Positions 62,701-64,000 of a DNA stretch of 64,000 bases are shown here, in pieces. Numbering within the stretch: the first letter of the stretch is position 1; each line of letters starts with the position of its first letter. Location of the stretch: contig JADIIX010000034.1 of assembly GCA_027604505.1 (NCBI GenBank), forward strand, positions 62,001-126,000, read 5' to 3'. The position numbers and the translations under genes are program-made. The DNA is from Gonapodya sp. JEL0774 (taxonomy: Eukaryota). Below the pieces are notes generated by a model. It worked only from the letters and a program-made list of their open reading frames with translations. It made no database searches and was not told the DNA's origin.

Positions 62701-64000
62701 CACTCGATACATTGAGCGGGAGCGTCGGACAGTAGCGAAGGCTTTGGAGACTATACGCGGATCAACAAAAGCCGAATTTATCACAATGGGAACGCGTGCA
62801 TCAACTGGACATTATAGTCAGACACGATGGGCAGCCGCAGAGAGTGAATTCGGCATGGACCACATCCCTTATGGATTGATGGCCACCCTGATCGCTCACG
62901 TTTGCGCGACGAGAACAGATCATGGTGCTATTATGGTGTTCTTGCCGGGATGGTAAGAGCTATTAGCTCCTTTTAAGTAGCATCGTTGATGATCTCTGGT
63001 ATTCCGTCGAACCTAAGGGAAGAGATCCGCACACTTCCCCAAATGTTGCATACGGACACTTCTCCCATCATATCTGCGCAACAGTTTTCTGACCCTCGCA
63101 GATATCAATTTCACGTTCTACACTCAGCCGTTCCTGTCCGACAACAGCAAGAGATTGTTGACCCACCACGCTTTGGCACCGTCTTTCGGCGTATTATCCT
63201 TTGCACTAATATTGCCGAGACTTCACTCACTGTTCCTGATGTGACTGTGGTAATTGACTCTGTGAAATGTAAAGAAAAGCGCTACGATCCAAACCGTCGC
63301 ATGTCGGATCTCGTCACCACCTGGTGTTCTCACGCCAATGCCATTCAACGCGCTGGCCGAGCGGGTCGTGTGCGGGACGGACTATACTTTGCTATGGCAT
63401 CGAAAGATCGCTTTGAGAATGTGCTTGCGCCTTATCAGGTGCCTGAAATTGCACGATCGGACTTACAAGAGGTGTGCCTTGGTGTGCGAGCACTTGTACC
63501 CACGACGAACGAGAGAAGATCGGAGTCTGTGGCGGAAGTTCTTAGTGGAGCAATGTTGCCACCAGATACGGCAGCGGTACAGCAGGCAATGAGAGCATTG
63601 AGCGCGATTGGAGCAGTGGACGAGAATGAGAATCTTACCTCTCTCGGTAAGTGCCCGGGTGTTGGCGCAATTGAGCTTTCCTCTTCAACTCACGTAGACG
63701 GACAGGATCTGTTCTCTCTGAGCTCCCGGTTGGACCACCATTAGGACTCATGACAATTCTTGGGGTCGCATTCAAGTGCCTAGATCCCATCCTCACGCTC
63801 GCGACCTCCTGCACTGGTAAAGAAGCATTCTTCTACCCCGCGAACCGCAAACAGCAGGTCACGTCGGCCAAACTACACCGCTGGGCGCGTGGTGAAAGAT
63901 CTGATCCACTTCTGTTCCTCAACGTGTGGGACGAGTGGCGAAGGCGCAAACTGGCAGCAGGGGGAATGAATGCAGTGAGGGGAGGAGGATCGACGGACGA
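59712..64000 (+). CDS. DEAH-box RNA helicase (DHX30/36/57-like), runs off the window end
   Basis: GDTGSGK/TTQVPQ, TQPR/RMAAISVAQRV, VGYQVRF, DEVHER, LM/SAT, VFLPGW, TNIAETSLTVPDV and QRAGRAGR, after a long disordered N-terminus. Confidence 0.92.

Noticed and set aside
1..64000. Selenocysteine TGA or TGA-CTA read-through signals, and intronic TPP riboswitches (all known in some fungi)
   Set aside because: No in-frame TGA at a conserved Cys position in the reconstructed genes, no stop followed by CTA plus a PTS1 among those checked, and no CTGAGA...CTTGAT aptamer core found by eye. An Infernal or SECISearch scan would be decisive.

Overview
Gene-dense eukaryotic DNA with many short GT-AG introns (mostly about 50-100 nt). 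It is most consistent with an early-diverging, chytrid-like fungus. This is inference from the retained MCM9, the secreted PL3 pectate lyase and the high intron density. I reconstructed about 25 spliced protein-coding genes by hand, so exon boundaries are approximate unless stated. In order: PL3 pectate lyase, sterol glucosyltransferase, RING-H2 protein, a decayed pectate lyase 5' fragment, mitochondrial phosphate carrier, histidine phosphatase, MCM9, two hypothetical genes, an SLC35F/THI74-like transporter, a tail-anchored coiled-coil protein, acyl-CoA synthetase, dihydroxy-acid dehydratase, an HSL-type hydrolase, COX16, an N-acetylneuraminate-lyase-like aldolase, a class I glutamine amidotransferase (GAT1), a GST-hemerythrin-pseudoGAT1 fusion, a bacterial-type solute-binding protein, a sterol-desaturase-family oxidase, a glutamine-synthetase-like gamma-glutamyl ligase, a WD40 protein, a bacterial-type 3-hydroxybutyrate dehydrogenase, an FMN reductase, a hidden repeat protein and a DEAH helicase truncated by the window end. 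The most interesting region is 37.9-49.0 kb, a putative gamma-glutamyl/glutathione-processing cluster. Its centre is a GST + di-iron hemerythrin + catalytically dead GAT1 fusion lying directly behind an active GAT1 paralog. I found no rRNA, tRNA, CRISPR array or transposon that I can support. Family assignments come from motif recognition, not from database searches.
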